Positions 36,956 through 56,089 of a stretch of 64,000 nucleotides of DNA are shown one piece after another. The notes under the pieces are model-generated. The model had not been told where the DNA came from. It searched no databases and saw nothing but the letters and a program-made list of their open reading frames with translations. This DNA comes from Eledone cirrhosa (lineage: Eukaryota). A program made the translations under genes and the position numbers. The stretch's first letter is position 1; every line of letters starts with the position of its first letter. Where the stretch lies: contig OZ024746.1 of the NCBI GenBank assembly GCA_964016885.1, positions 90,768,001-90,832,000 on the forward strand, read 5' to 3'.

Positions 36956-37551
36956 TGTCATACAGTACGAAGTCATAAATACATCAAACAGTAGCAAAAA
37001 ATATAAAGTATGTGTTCAAAAAGCTGACCTCGTTGCTGAATATATTGAAAAGGTATTGACCTTCCGGTCACTTATTTTCGATTACATTTACAACCATGTC
37101 TTTGTACTCGCAACCAGGCACTATAAATATTCACATAGTTATCAGATTTGTCAGAATTAATAGTAATCACGCCACATTCATACTAATCCATACTTTCATA
37201 GTCACATTTCAGCGCTCAATTTTGTAATAATCTTTCGTCCAGCCGCACCCTGACAAACATGTGCTTCGTGTTTATTAACTTGAAAGGTTTTTGTTTTTAC
37301 ACACCTGACAATATTTTATGTATTTTATACTACTGGGATTATGTTTCAAGGTGCAACATGTCTTTCTTTAATAACCTCGCCATTATAACAAACCTAACTA
37401 TTTCTGTATCGCAAGGATTATTATTATTATTATTTTTTTTTTTGATATTCACTCGAACAACCTTCATTAAAATCTTCGTCCATCTTAACGGCTTCATTGT
37501 CGCTATAAGATTCACTAATCTCTGTATTTAAGGTTCATGTATTGTATCAGA

Positions 37552-37726
37552 GTTTGGATTATCATCAGCTAAAGATATACAGAAACTGATATCAGAACTG
37601 GTATCTCAGTGTTTGAATTATTATCAGCTAAAGATATACAGAAACTGATATCAGAACTGGTATCTCAGTGTTTGGATTACCATCAGCTAAAGATATACAG
37701 AAATTGATATCAGAACTGATATCTTA
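37552..37726. repeat. Minisatellite, 59-bp unit, 3 copies
   Basis: tttggattatcatcagctaaagatatacagaaactgatatcagaactggtatctcagtg. Confidence 0.92.
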
Positions 37727-38185
37727 ATGAAGAAATTTCCTAACAGAATTATTTGCGTTATACTGAGTCGTTGCATGACTTTTAACTATATTGTGTCGAC
37801 TCTCACAGCTTTAGTTTCAACAAATAATTTCCTTTATCTAGTCATCCCAACCGGTTCTACCATTGAATTGCTCACATCTCCATTTGATTTGAGAGCTTTA
37901 AAACAAAATCCCATGGAATTACAACATAATTTCCAAGATTGTAGTGTCTGTTAACATGCTTCCATGCTGTTGTAAAGTGTGCATCAATTAATATTTTCTA
38001 TCCTGCATTCCAGTGTTTATGAACTCCAATTCCTACACACTTGTAACTTTTGCTATTCTGTAGAGGAAACTTATAATTGTGTAGCGCCATATGGTGCCTC
38101 ATTTTTACATATCTGACGTGTTAGATGTTTTATTTAAATATCGTTACGAAACAGCTTACCAATACTGTATTCTATCACCAGTTGA

Positions 38186-38373
38186 GGGCGGTGGATTGGT
38201 AGTATCGGTAGAGGGTCGGACACTATGCTTTGCAGCACAGTTACGTCCCTTTACGGACTGAGTTCAAATCCCGCCGAGGTTAACTTTGCCTTTCATCCTT
38301 ACGGGGTCGATAAAATAAAGTACCAGTAATACACTGGGATAATTGCTGGCCTTGTGCCAAAAGTAGCAACAAT
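38186..38373 (+). mobile_element. SINE family A with 13-bp TSD tatcaccagttga
   Basis: Direct repeats at 38173-38185 and 38374-38386. Confidence 0.93.
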
Positions 38374-38439
38374 TATCACCAGTTGATAGAAGATATATAT
38401 TCGAAATACAACGATGTATGAATGTAAGAACTGAATTAC

Positions 38440-38920
38440 TGTAGCCTCTGTCTTGGCTTGTTACTCAACCGCCTGAGAACAGGGATGGGGCGATCAAAAG
38501 CTGCTATGGCCAGATGGGGCTACAAGACCGGCCCAACCATCTGCGAATGCGAAGAGGAGGACCATACGATGTAGCACTGCCTTGTTTGCCCTCTACTGCC
38601 CAACCAGTGCAGCTTAAAAGATCTCGTAGAATTTAATAATAATTTTAGGGGGGAGGGAAATGTCGATGAAATCGACCCCAGTGCGTGACTGGTACTTTAT
38701 TTTATCGACCCCATAAGGATGAAAGGCAAAGTTAACCTCGGCGGGATTTGAACTCAGATCATAAAGGGCCGCAACTCAATGCTGCAAAACATGGCGTCCG
38801 ACCCCCTACCGATACTGCCAATCCACCGCCATATTTAATAATAATGCAAAGGACTGTGTAAAGAAATGGGAAGCTGTCATATAACCACATGCTTCGAAGA
38901 CACAAAAAGAAGAAGAAGAA
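38440..38920 (+). mobile_element. LINE 3' fragment (I/Ingi-like CCHC C-terminus, (AAG)n tail) interrupted by a minus-strand SINE A (38644-38830)
   Basis: LNRLRTGMGRSKAAMARWGY...CECEEEDHTM*HCLVCP...DLVEFNN|NAKDCVKKW. The SINE TSD is atttaataataat. Confidence 0.78.
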
Positions 38921-39699
38921 ATCCAGTGTGTATTATTTTTTAATAAACTATAAGCTCGTGTCAAAACGAATCCTTCATCCCATAAAAATCAGTAGTTTCT
39001 CTTTCTGTAATCCATTCGTCCAATGTGTGTCTGATCAAGTTGTAGCAATTCTAATTCTAATATTCTATTAATGACTTCTCTTCGAAATGTAATTTGGATT
39101 CTGTGCACATGACAAAGATTACATTTCTGCTGCAATCATCTAACAATTCGTGATGAACTGGTTAAATTGCATGTTTGATGTATTCCATAACTGTAGATGG
39201 CAGCATGCACATAAGGACTGGATGGCAGTCCATGATGAGACGAAAAACCTGTAATTTGGATCAATAACACTATATTTTATAGCATGTTACTCGTACGTGC
39301 TCATTAAACAAAGCAACCTCCCAAAAACTTCTAATACAACTAGAAACGGTAATAGCCCAGTGTCACGTTCACACACTGTAACAATTCATCGAACCATATC
39401 AAAGTTGCCATGTAGCAATATTCCAGCTCTATCATATTTTGCATCTTTCCTTTCTCTTCCAGTGATGATATGGTTTTGTTGAATGAATAATTTCCTGTCC
39501 GATCATTCAAATTGGAAAGCTCTCGTTATGGATGGAGTTGGACCTTTGTCGGTTCTGACTACAAGCGTTCTTTAATTAATGGAACAGCTTGTTTCTGAAA
39601 CTAGTGGCAGAGCATTCCACACGTAATTCTCAGAGAAATTTAGCATAAAACAGTACATAACAAGGCCAGTTGTTTGAGATACAGGTACAAATCATTTTT

Positions 39700-40052
39700 T
39701 CCATCATGGGGAAATAAAGTGTCATGCTCAAGGAAACAACGCACTACCGGGAATCGAACACATGTCCTTACGATCGTGAGCCGAACAACCGTTACCACTA
39801 AACCACATGCCTTCACAATGGACGGTGTAAATAGGTACTGGATTAGCAGTATCGGTAGAGTGCCAGACACCATGCTTCGTAGCATAGAGTTACGGCCCTT
39901 TATGTCTGAGTTCAGATATCACCGAGGTTAGCTTTATCTTTCATCCTTACGGGGTTGATAATATAAAGTACCAGTAATGCACTGGGGACGGTTTAATCGA
40001 TTTTCCCTTCCCCTACAAATTGCTGGCCTTGTGCCTAAAGTAGAATCAATTA
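39700..40052. mobile_element. SINE B head (minus, to about 39815) abutting SINE A (plus, about 39820-40052)
   Basis: Similarity to the copies at 36620 and 38186. Confidence 0.8.
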
Positions 40053-40096
40053 TTGCCATGAAGCTATTAAGTATTTTTATTTATGACGTAAGAAAT

Positions 40097-41046
40097 CCTT
40101 AACCACGTACTGTAGTAGGATTATATATCCAGTATAATGCCTTAACCACGTACTGTAGTAGGATTATATATCCAGTAAAATGCCTTAACCACGTGCTGTA
40201 GTAGGATTATATATCCAGTATAATGCCTTAACCACGTACTGTAGTAGGATTATATATCCAGTATAATGCCTTAACCACGTACTGTAGTAGGATTATATAT
40301 CCAGTATAATGCCTTAACCACGTACTGTAGTAGGATTATATATCCAGTATAATGCCTTAACCACGTACTGTAGTAGGATTATATATCCAGTATAATGCCT
40401 TAACCACCTACTGTAGTAGGATTATATATCCAGTAAAATGCCTTAACCACGTGCTGTAGTAGGATTATATATCCAGTATAATGCCTTAACCACGTACTGT
40501 AGTAGGATTATATATCCAGTATAATGCCTTAACCACGTACTGTAGTAGGATTATATATCCAGTATAATGCCTTAACCACGTACTGTAGTAGGATTATATA
40601 TCCAGTATAATGCCTTAACCACCTACTGTAGTAGGATTATATATCCAGTAAAATGCCTTAACCACGTGCTGTAGTAGGATTATATATCCAGTATAATGCC
40701 TTAACCACGTACTGTAGTAGGATTATATATCCAGTATAATGCCTTAACCACGTACTGTAGTAGGATTATATATCCAGTATAATGCCTTAACCACGTACTG
40801 TAGTAGGATTATATATCCAGTATAATGCCTTAACCACGTACTGTAGTAGGATTATATATCCAGTATAATGCCTTAACCACGTACTGTAGTAGGATTATAT
40901 ATCCAGTATAATGCCTTAACCACCTACTGTAGTAGGATTATATATCCAGTAAAATGCCTTAACCACGTGCTGTAGTAGGATTATATATCCAGTATAATGC
41001 CTTAACCACATACTGTAGTAGGATTATATATCCAGTATAATGCCTT
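40097..41046. repeat. Minisatellite, 22 x 43 bp
   Basis: ccttaaccacgtactgtagtaggattatatatccagtataatg. No unique spacers. Confidence 0.98.
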
Positions 41047-41369
41047 GCTTGAATTTTATTAAACTTTTAGATTTCAGGCAGAGAATTGGCAATCTTTAGG
41101 AGCGTCGGATTAAAAACCTCAGTATTTTCCCTTCTCACTGCGCTCTGAGTTCAAACATTCCCGAGGCCATCATTGCTTTCTATATTTCGGGGTCGATAAA
41201 AATATCAGTCCCAAGGCCGTGACTTGGCGGAATTGTTAATGTGCTTGTATATAATCCAGTTCTACAGATTCTTAGTCCAAATTCCGCACTCCTTCTGCTA
41301 GGAGTTCTGACAAGCAGGTAGGATCAAAAATGTTTCCTCGGTTCGATCTGATGATCTTTCTTCTTTTTG

Positions 41370-41770
41370 TTTTTGCTTGATGAGACTGAGTTTATACTAG
41401 GTCAGTGATCTCAGAGGCATCATCGGGCGTAGAGCCGACCCGTTCCACTAATACCTTCCATCACTGGCATTCCTGCGCTAGCCCCTCTGCATCCTACAAG
41501 GTGACGTCGAGCATCAGGAGATCTTCCTTGATGACATCCAGTCATCTGATGCGGAGCCTGCCACGGGACAGTAGCTGCTGTGTCAAACGACAGTAAGGCC
41601 CTGGTAGGATTATCTGGCGGCAAGTGGAGGACATGTCCGTACCAGCGTATGCGGCGGATGGCTATGAGACGGGAGACTCCGGGCACACGCAACTCTTTTT
41701 CCTTAGAGCTCTGCTATCGAAGCCGTCAATCCTCTTTGCCATGGTCTTTGTAAGGGGCCACGTTTCTGCC
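41370..41770 (-). mobile_element. RTE-like LINE 3' fragment
   Basis: WPLTKTMAKRIDGFDSRALR; RRIRWYGHVLHLP; A-rich tail near 41360-41380. Confidence 0.75.
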
Positions 41771-42624
41771 CCACCTGATGATCGGCTCATCTATGTTTTA
41801 TTTTTTTTTCCAGGAGGATTAATCTTTCGTTTTTTACTTGATTTCAAATAGAGATTTTTTTAAATTTCTGGCCGTGATATCTCTTCCAATTTAGAGATGT
41901 TTTTTTTTCTTCGTTGTCTCCCTTGATTTATTTAAAAAACCAGAATTAGTCGATTAGTTTACATACTGAGACCCCACCCATCCTATTTATTTTAGAAGGT
42001 GTGGGATTTCGTCTAATATTCTTTTTATGTCATGTATAACGTTTTTTTAATGTCTAATGGACGTTAATTGTTGCAGGAATGCTACCACTGAAAATAAAAT
42101 TTTGCCGGAGATAGATTAGCAAAGTTTAATAAGTGTGCGAGGGGAGGGTTGGAAAACATCTGACAAATTAATAACTGGCGGGCTGGGTGGGGGGTGGGGT
42201 TATTCGAGACCCGAGCGTAGTGGCTTGATATTTTCTCTCAAAGTTCCTGATGACAGTTCATTGTACTATTATGGGCTATTTTCCCTCAACATACAAGTAT
42301 AGAAAAGAAAAAGACAGTTTCGATGGCACATTTCATACAATTGCCTCCATAGTCTGCCTGGAACATACATCCCTCCCCACTGTCTCTTACAAAATCATAG
42401 ATTTTTAATATAACTTTATTTTTTACTTCGGGCCTGGCAGATTTGGCAACCCTCCCTCCCCCTATCTCTCTCTGTGTGTGCGTGTGCGTTCAAAGGCCGG
42501 CTGAAAAGTTCATCGTATGTATGTACGGATGTATATGTAGATGTATGTATGTATATATGTATGTATGCATGTATGCATGTATGTATGTATGTATGTATGC
42601 ATGCATGCATGTATGTATGTATGT

Positions 42625-43232
42625 GAGGTCACCAGTTGGTGCTACTGGTAACACGTATCCCAGTACAACCATTCTCATGGTCGGGTCGTTGGCGACTAAA
42701 CTGGCAACCCCACCAAGGTTTCTTGGTGAGGAGGGTGACTTTGGACATCCTGCAGGACTAAAACCAAAACCTGTCAAAGGGCAAAGGAGCTCTTAAGAGT
42801 CAATGGCCATCCAAAATCACCGGGAGAGATGACCCCTTAGCCTTTGTCAAGGCAGAATTCTAGGAGAAGGAAAACTCTGATATAACACCTGCAACTCTGA
42901 TGGTATCCAATGATGTTGACTTGTTCTTCTTTTTGGTAAATATCATCTTGGTTAAGAGAGTGGGACTGGCTTTGTGCAGTGCCATTGCTCACTATAAAAG
43001 CTTCACGGCACAGGCATTGCTTTATATCTGGAGATCTCCCTGCACTTGTCGTCACATGATACCATGGGCCCAGCACTAAGTGTCAATAATTGTCACAAGT
43101 GTAGTGTTTGTACCAGAGTTTTCAAGTCGCTGGCTGGACTAAAAAGTCACACTCGTTCAGCGCATCGGTAGGGGTTCTCCTACATGGATATAAAGTAGTG
43201 GCCGTACTCGAAAACGAGTTGGCAGCCACCAT
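42625..43232 (+). mobile_element. Non-autonomous bipartite derivative of the zinc-finger RTE (putative 5' UTR + last zinc finger + 3' UTR)
   Basis: Encodes CSVCTRVFKSLAGLKSHTRSAHR* (compare CQLCAKQFRSLAGLKSHIRSQHR* ending at 12374). The 3' end tactcgaaaacgag..ggcagccaccatgtatg matches, with (TATG)n on both sides. Confidence 0.85.
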
Positions 43233-43247
43233 GTATGTATGTATGTA

Positions 43248-43280
<33 letters not shown>

Positions 43281-44197
43281 ATGTATGTATGTGTGTATGT
43301 ATGTATGTGTGTATGTGTATATGTAGATACATGTTTATATGTATGTGTGTATGTGTGTTTGTATGTGTGTATGTATGTGTGTATGTGTGTATGTATGTGT
43401 TTATGTATGTATGTGTGTATGTGTGTATGTATGTATGTATGTATGTGTGTATGTATGTATGTGTGTGTGTATGTATGTATGTGTGTGTGTATTTTTCTAT
43501 GTAATTACGTATAAGCTGCAAGAATGGCAAACAAAGAGACAGCAGTAGAGAAGCGGAGAATGAGAGAGAGAGAGAGAAGCGGAGACATTAAGACAGATTA
43601 GATAGATTGAGAAGAACTCGGAGCTCATCGGAATGGAGGGGGGGTGGGGGGTGACAGAACTGCTGGTTCATGGGGAGGGGTGGGGTGTTGTTGCTGTTGG
43701 TGTTGTTGCTGTTGGTGTTGTTGCTGTTGTGGTTGTTGCTGGTGTTATTGGTGTTGCTATCTTTGTATTTTCAATGTTGTTGCCGTTGGTGCTGCTGTTG
43801 TTGGTGTTGTCATTATTGTTGGTGTCGTTGTTGGTGGTGGTGGTACTGCTGTTGGCGATACTGCCTAATGTGGTGTTGGTTTTCATATTTGCTGTGGGAG
43901 GGACAGCGTCATTCGCCTCAACGTTTAGACCGCTGTCAGACGAAGTTGGCGAGGGGGGTGAGGGTGGGGTGGCTCCACCATGTTTTTGTTTTTTTTTTGA
44001 AAAAATTATATTTTAAATAAAGTTCAAATATTTGGGCCAAAAGACCCAAATATTATACTTTCCCCTTCAAAGGGCACGGGCTTATGTCCCTTACACGACA
44101 ACAAACATTTACAATAAAGGATTTATGACAGGTAAATAAAGAGACTTACGGGAGCGAGCAAAACAACGTCCGATCACACCAATAGCCAATGATAATA

Positions 44198-44420
44198 ATA
44201 ATTGTTTCTACTTTTGGCACAAGGCCAGCAAATACCGAGTGCATTACTGGTACTTTATTTTATAGATCCCGTAAGGATGAAAGGCAAAGTTAGGGATTTG
44301 AACTCAGAATGGCAAGGGCCGTAACTCTATGCGTCAAAGCATGGCGTCCGACCCTCTACCGATACTGCCAATCCACCAATAATAATTGTTTCTACTTTTT
44401 GGCACAAGGCCACAATCCAC
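44198..44420 (-). mobile_element. SINE family A plus a short deleted copy
   Basis: Core, B-box and tail. Confidence 0.8.
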
Positions 44421-44712
44421 CAATAATGATAATAATTGCTACTATGACATAATTTTAGTTGTGGTATCCTATATGAGAAATTAACTGATGAAACGAAAGC
44501 AATTAAATGAAAATTAAATAGTTTTCGCCAGTGTAGAAAGATCAATATCGGTTGTTTTGTGATAAACAAATCACCAAAACATTATATTTAGTGCTGGAGG
44601 TGGGTTGAGTTGAAACCTTTCTCAAGAGAAACCGGATTAGCAAAGTAAATAGAACTGGAATATCATCGTCATCGTTTCAACTTGTTTGTAGCTTTCTTCT
44701 TGTTTTCTACAA

Positions 44713-45048
44713 CAGTGGTCGCCAACAAGTGATCCACGAACCACCGGTGGTCCGAGAGAACATGTTGGTAGTCCGCAGAAAGAATTTGGACATTATTAGC
44801 AATTTTCATGTTTTATTAATAATAAAACAAAAATAATATTCGGTTAAAACATATTTTATAAACCCTCTAAAAATGTTTCTATTCAGAAAAGAACTAGAAT
44901 CTGTGAAATAATTTTACATGTATATATCATCTATCGACACATGTAGGGTTCAGTATTGTTTCAACCATTGACCATTCATATGGTGGTCCGAGGGGTTTAA
45001 AATTATGAATTTAGTGAACTGTGAGGTCCGAAAGGTTGACGACCGCTG
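44713..45048. mobile_element. hAT (Charlie-like) MITE
   Basis: TIRs cagtggtcgccaac / gttgacgaccgctg, subterminal gtggtccg repeats and a degenerate 8-bp TSD ttctacaa/ctctatat. Confidence 0.8.
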
Positions 45049-46419
45049 CTCTATATTGCTTGTCTCAGCACCATTCACCATTGCCTTCTTGCATTAAAAT
45101 GTGGATATTACTACATTGATATAAATATAAATAATAAAAGAAAGGACCCTTAACTCTTGATGGGTTCGTAGCGGCGTTATTTGGACACTCGGCATCTAAA
45201 ACCTGACAGGGCTCATTCTGGGAACACGGCTGATTCAAGTGAAACAAGACGAAACGACCACAGTGCTGGAATAATACTTTATCTCTCTCTTTTGCACCTG
45301 TAACTCCTGTTAGAGTCGTAAGGTCGCCATATTGACATACGGCGTTTCTTGAGCATTTTAAATCCTCGCGGAGCTCATCTCTATGTCTGAACACAGCAGA
45401 ATCTTGCAGCGAAGAATAGAGAGTGAGAGAAAGAAATATAGAAGAATTGACCCAGCACTAGACTAGGATGAAAGGCAAAGGAAAAAAGTCGACTTTGGCC
45501 GGATTTGAAGTCAACTCACAGTGAATCAGATCAAATACCGAAGCATCTTGAACCCTTCTCCCCCCCTCTCTCTCTTTCACCCACTCTCTTTATCTATCAT
45601 CTCCCTCTCAGGTTCCTATACCTCTTCTTGCTTTCAGTGACGTTCTTTTCTTTTTGGTATGACTCTTACCTCCTTCACTCCTTCTAATCCTTCTTATTCC
45701 TGAAAGTGTCGTGGAGTCAGAGTCCTCAAACACACCTTCCAGAAAACAATGACAGAAACAACTGTCTCCAACTGATCCGGCTGGATCCCTAAGCCGAGCT
45801 GATAGGCGTTATCCAACACGCCAACATTTCTGCTAATTTGCCGTTTTATAAAAATACACCATCCCAAAATATGATCATTACCTCCCTTATTTGAATTACT
45901 ACAACCAATTATTTAGATTAATAGAAAGAAAATTAGATTCTAAGAATTCCTCTGAAGTTACCATTTGTCTACTTAAAATTTAAAAAGAAAAAAAAGACTG
46001 ATTATTTTTAGAGCAATTTATACATGGTTATTGTAGATGTATGTGCTTCTTTTGTGCGGCATCAGATGCAGTTCTCCACAAACATTTGTACGCGTTCACT
46101 GCACGGTTATAAGCCGCCATTTCTTTTACACTGTTCTATTCATTTGTATGATTTTTCTATTCACCTCTGACCTTTATTGTTACGAATTCTTGTCGCCAAT
46201 AAGACCACCGATAACTGGATACTTCTCATGATAGCATTTACCCGAGGCCATATACAATGCTGCACACGAAAGGCCGGGGAAAACTGTAAGAATATTTTTC
46301 TTTTTTCCACATATTGGAGGAGCCGACCTAGCAAATACTGAATACCAGATCGTGCAGAAAGTTGGTCAGATTCCATTATATATATTTGAATTGCTCTTGT
46401 TGGATAAACTTCTTAACTA

Positions 46420-52583
<6,164 letters not shown>

Positions 52584-54060
52584 TCTATATATATAAAGTG
52601 AAGATGGGTATTGTTTGGTGATCCGAACTTGCATGCTACACCGTTCACCCAATTTTCATGAAACCTCACACATATATAAAACTCAACGCGTAGAGTGGAA
52701 TAGGCTACTTGAAATTTTCGAAAAATCGATAATCGGGCCCTATGACAGAATGTTTTTCGATTCCAATGAAATTTTATGTGAATTCGAACACAAGAACTCT
52801 TAGTTTACATCTGGCGCAATAAAAATAAATTTCATATGCCCATATAAGGACGTGCGTTATTGATTGGACGGCCAGCTGCATGTCTTCCCAGCTGTCTCAG
52901 TAAACGACCGACGATTAAAGAGTTTATCTTTTCATATTCCACCTTATTCAAGTGGAAATACAGTATTATAACTATCTGAAAAGGGAACCAAATTTAATGG
53001 AGTCTTTTGTGATGCTAAAAGCTGTGAGTAAATTTTCAAACAGTCTTAAATAATCATGCTTTTTGAAAAAAAAAATTACTAAATAATACGTTGACCAAGT
53101 TGTATTGCACACATACAAAGTTGTAAAAAATGTTTTCCTTTTTTAAACAAAAGGTTCTAAAAAATTACTTAATTTATAATATTACTGTTACAGTCTTTTG
53201 CACAGGAAGTGAGTAACTTTTCGGGTGTTTAAACGTAAGTTCACCAGGGTTTGTGTCTTCATTATTAGCCCACCTCTAATGGCATTTTTTGTTCTGCTTA
53301 CGACTAAATGTTATGAGCGTATTTGCAATTAATTGCGCACACGTGCACACCTGCATGCAGATAGACACTGACAGCAAATAAAAAATCGATAACTTGCTTA
53401 TTAAGATATCGGTCAAAAAGAGAGATTGAATGTACTTTAGAACATTTTTTGAATATATTGTTCTTTTTGGCATGATATGTCAGAAATATAGCTACTATAC
53501 ACTTTGGTTATTTTTTGTAACTAAAAAACGGTTCCTTTTGGGTGGATACTTAACGAGAAAAATCCTAGGGTTTTGGACAAGTTTGTTTCAGGCGCATTGA
53601 TGTAAAAAATCAATAAAACTGAAGCGGGGCTCGACTTTGCGCAAAAAAACAAGGCAAAGTTACACATGGGAAAGTCCGATATTCTTGAAAACTGTCACAA
53701 AATCCTCGCCATTATGCCTCGGTTAAGATAAAGGCCCTTTTAATTCTTCTTCTGCACATGTGAGCGCAAAAATTGTAAAAAAAAAAAAAAAAAACCTGAA
53801 AAAAATCGACATTTCACCCTGCTTTAAATTAACTGAACATTCAATATCAAGCGATTTTGACTTCCGTCAGTCGTGCAGAGAACAATTTCAACGATACACT
53901 GTGTAACTACAATTAATAAATTACACACCTGCGTCTACTAACCTATTTTTTTCATTGAAGTTCAAAGTTTTGAACCTGTGATGCGCGGGAAGTAACTTTC
54001 ACACATTCTAACAGACCAAAGGTCGACTTACACCCGGGCAACGCCGGGTACTTCTGCTAG
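52584..54060 (+). mobile_element. Complete non-autonomous Helitron (1477 bp)
   Basis: A|TCtatatatataaag 5' end, hairpin cccgggcaacgccggg at 54033-54048, CTAG|T 3' end, no TSD. Confidence 0.9.
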
Positions 54061-54163
54061 TATATATATATATATATGTGTAGATAAATCTACCAAAATA
54101 TACGGTAGTGTCCAATATATATATATATGTAGATAAATCTACCAAAATATACGGTAGTGTCCA

Positions 54164-54208
<45 letters not shown>

Positions 54209-54651
54209 CATATATATATAGGTATAAGAGTGTGTGTTTTTGCGAGTGTGTGGGAGTGGGGGCTTTATATATGTGTGTGTGAACGAACTTGTAGACACCT
54301 GACCAAATCCATTGTTAGCTTAAGTGAACCTTAAAAATCAGGAGTGGCACCCCAGAGTGACCCTGTCTTATATATATATATATATATCGAGAGAGAGAGA
54401 GAGAGAGAGAGGGAGAAAGAGAGAGAGAGAGAGAAGAAGGAAGAGGTAAATATATATACATATATATATATACAGAGATAGAGAGAGAGAGGTAGATAGA
54501 GAAAGATGAGAGATAAAGAAAGGATAGATGGATGCAGTGAGAGGAGATGGAGAGTAGAGATGGAGAGAAAAGATAGGCAGGAAAGATAGAGATAGAAAGA
54601 GAGAGAGAGAGAGAAAGCGGGAAAGAAAGAAAAGAAGAAAGAAAGAAAGAA

Positions 54652-54689
<38 letters not shown>

Positions 54690-54809
54690 TCCAAGTTTCC
54701 GAGCACTTCCAGTCAGTCTTACGTTTTGTAAACTCTAACAAAATATATTTTTTTAAATCAGCCAATCATCCCCTCCCCCAAACAATAATAAAAGCAACAA
54801 CAACAATAT

Positions 54810-55735
54810 CGTCTATAGCAGGTGCATGGTCCCGTAACTCCTGCGGGAGTCTTAGGGGCTTCGTATTGACGGCGTTTCAAGCATTTCTTTTAACCTGGCG
54901 GAGTCCAACCCTCTTCAGGTCTGAATACAGTAGATTTCTCCCAAAGAAGGATAGAGAGAGAGAGAGAGAGAGTGAGAGAGAGAGGAAGTAAGAAAACGAT
55001 AGGAAGAATCAACGCCTGTACTTGACAGATGTGTTTTTATCGACCTCGAATGGATGAAAGGCAAAGTTGACCTCGGCGGGATTTGAACTCAGAGTAGAGA
55101 GCCGAAACGAATATCACAAAACATTCTATCTGACGTTCTAACGACTCTACCATTCTATCCGACGTTCGAACGTCTCTGCCATTCTATCCGACGTTCGAAC
55201 GTCTCTGCTATTCTATCCAACGTTCTAACCACTCTACCATCCTATCCGACGTTCGAACGTCTCTGCCATTCTATCTGACGTTCTAACGACTCTACCATTC
55301 TATCCGACGTTCGAACGTCTCTGCCATTCTATCCGACGTTCGAACGTCTCTGCTATTCTATCCAACGTTCTAACCACTCTACCATCCTATCCGACGTTCG
55401 AACGTCTCTGCCATTCTATCTGACGTTCTAACGACTCTACCATTCTATGCAACGTTCTAACCACTCTACCACCTTATCCGATGTTCGAACGTCTCTACCA
55501 TTCTATCCGACGTTCTAACCACTCTACCATTCTATCTGACGTTCTAACGACTCTACCATTCTATCTGACGTTCTAACCACTCTACAATCCTATCTGACGT
55601 TCGAACGTCTCTGCCATTCTATCCAACGTTCTAACCACACTGCCATCCTATCCGACGTTTCTGCCATCCTATCCGACGTTCTAACCACCCTGCCATCCTA
55701 TCTGACGTTCTAACCACTCTGCCAATTTGCGGTTT
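54810..55735 (-). mobile_element. Composite SINE (family A head/core, (TC)n, distinct 3' module) with A-box region amplified about 21 x 28-29 bp
   Basis: Array 55122-55722 of cattctatccgacgttctaacgactctgc variants. Confidence 0.85.
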
Positions 55736-56089
55736 CTTTGTAGTAGCTAAAACGGTATTAAAGCATTCATAGAAGGTATAGAAATTGTATTTTACTCATA
55801 TGATTCAGCTGCTCTGTTCGGAAGTCACTGCCCTGTGTCTCTTATATCATTTTCTTTGATTTATTCATTCTGTATCTTGTTTCTTGTTTCTAGAATAAAT
55901 TCAGTAACAAACAATTATGTAAAGTAACTGATGTTTGGAAACAAATTGGTTACCAGGTAAGAAAATAATAAAAATTAAAATAATTTGAGTTAACAAGCTT
56001 CAATTAGTATTATGAGGTGATGTGAGCTTTATAGACAGAATATGCCATTTAAATTTCTCTTGGTTATTAGCATTTATTACGTCATCCAT

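Noticed and set aside
40097-41046. CRISPR-like regular array
   Set aside because: Head-to-tail units with no unique spacers, no cas genes and a eukaryotic context. The same applies to 20251-20525, 55122-55722 and 58341-58746.
44481-44506. ttaa-CTGATGA-aac-GAAA hammerhead-like string
   Set aside because: There is no stem II and no credible stem III or stem I.
54860-54932. Minus-strand CTGAAGA...GAAAcgccgTC in the SINE 3' module
   Set aside because: Stem I is not adjacent to the core, and the paralogues at about 45300 and 58100 do not conserve it.
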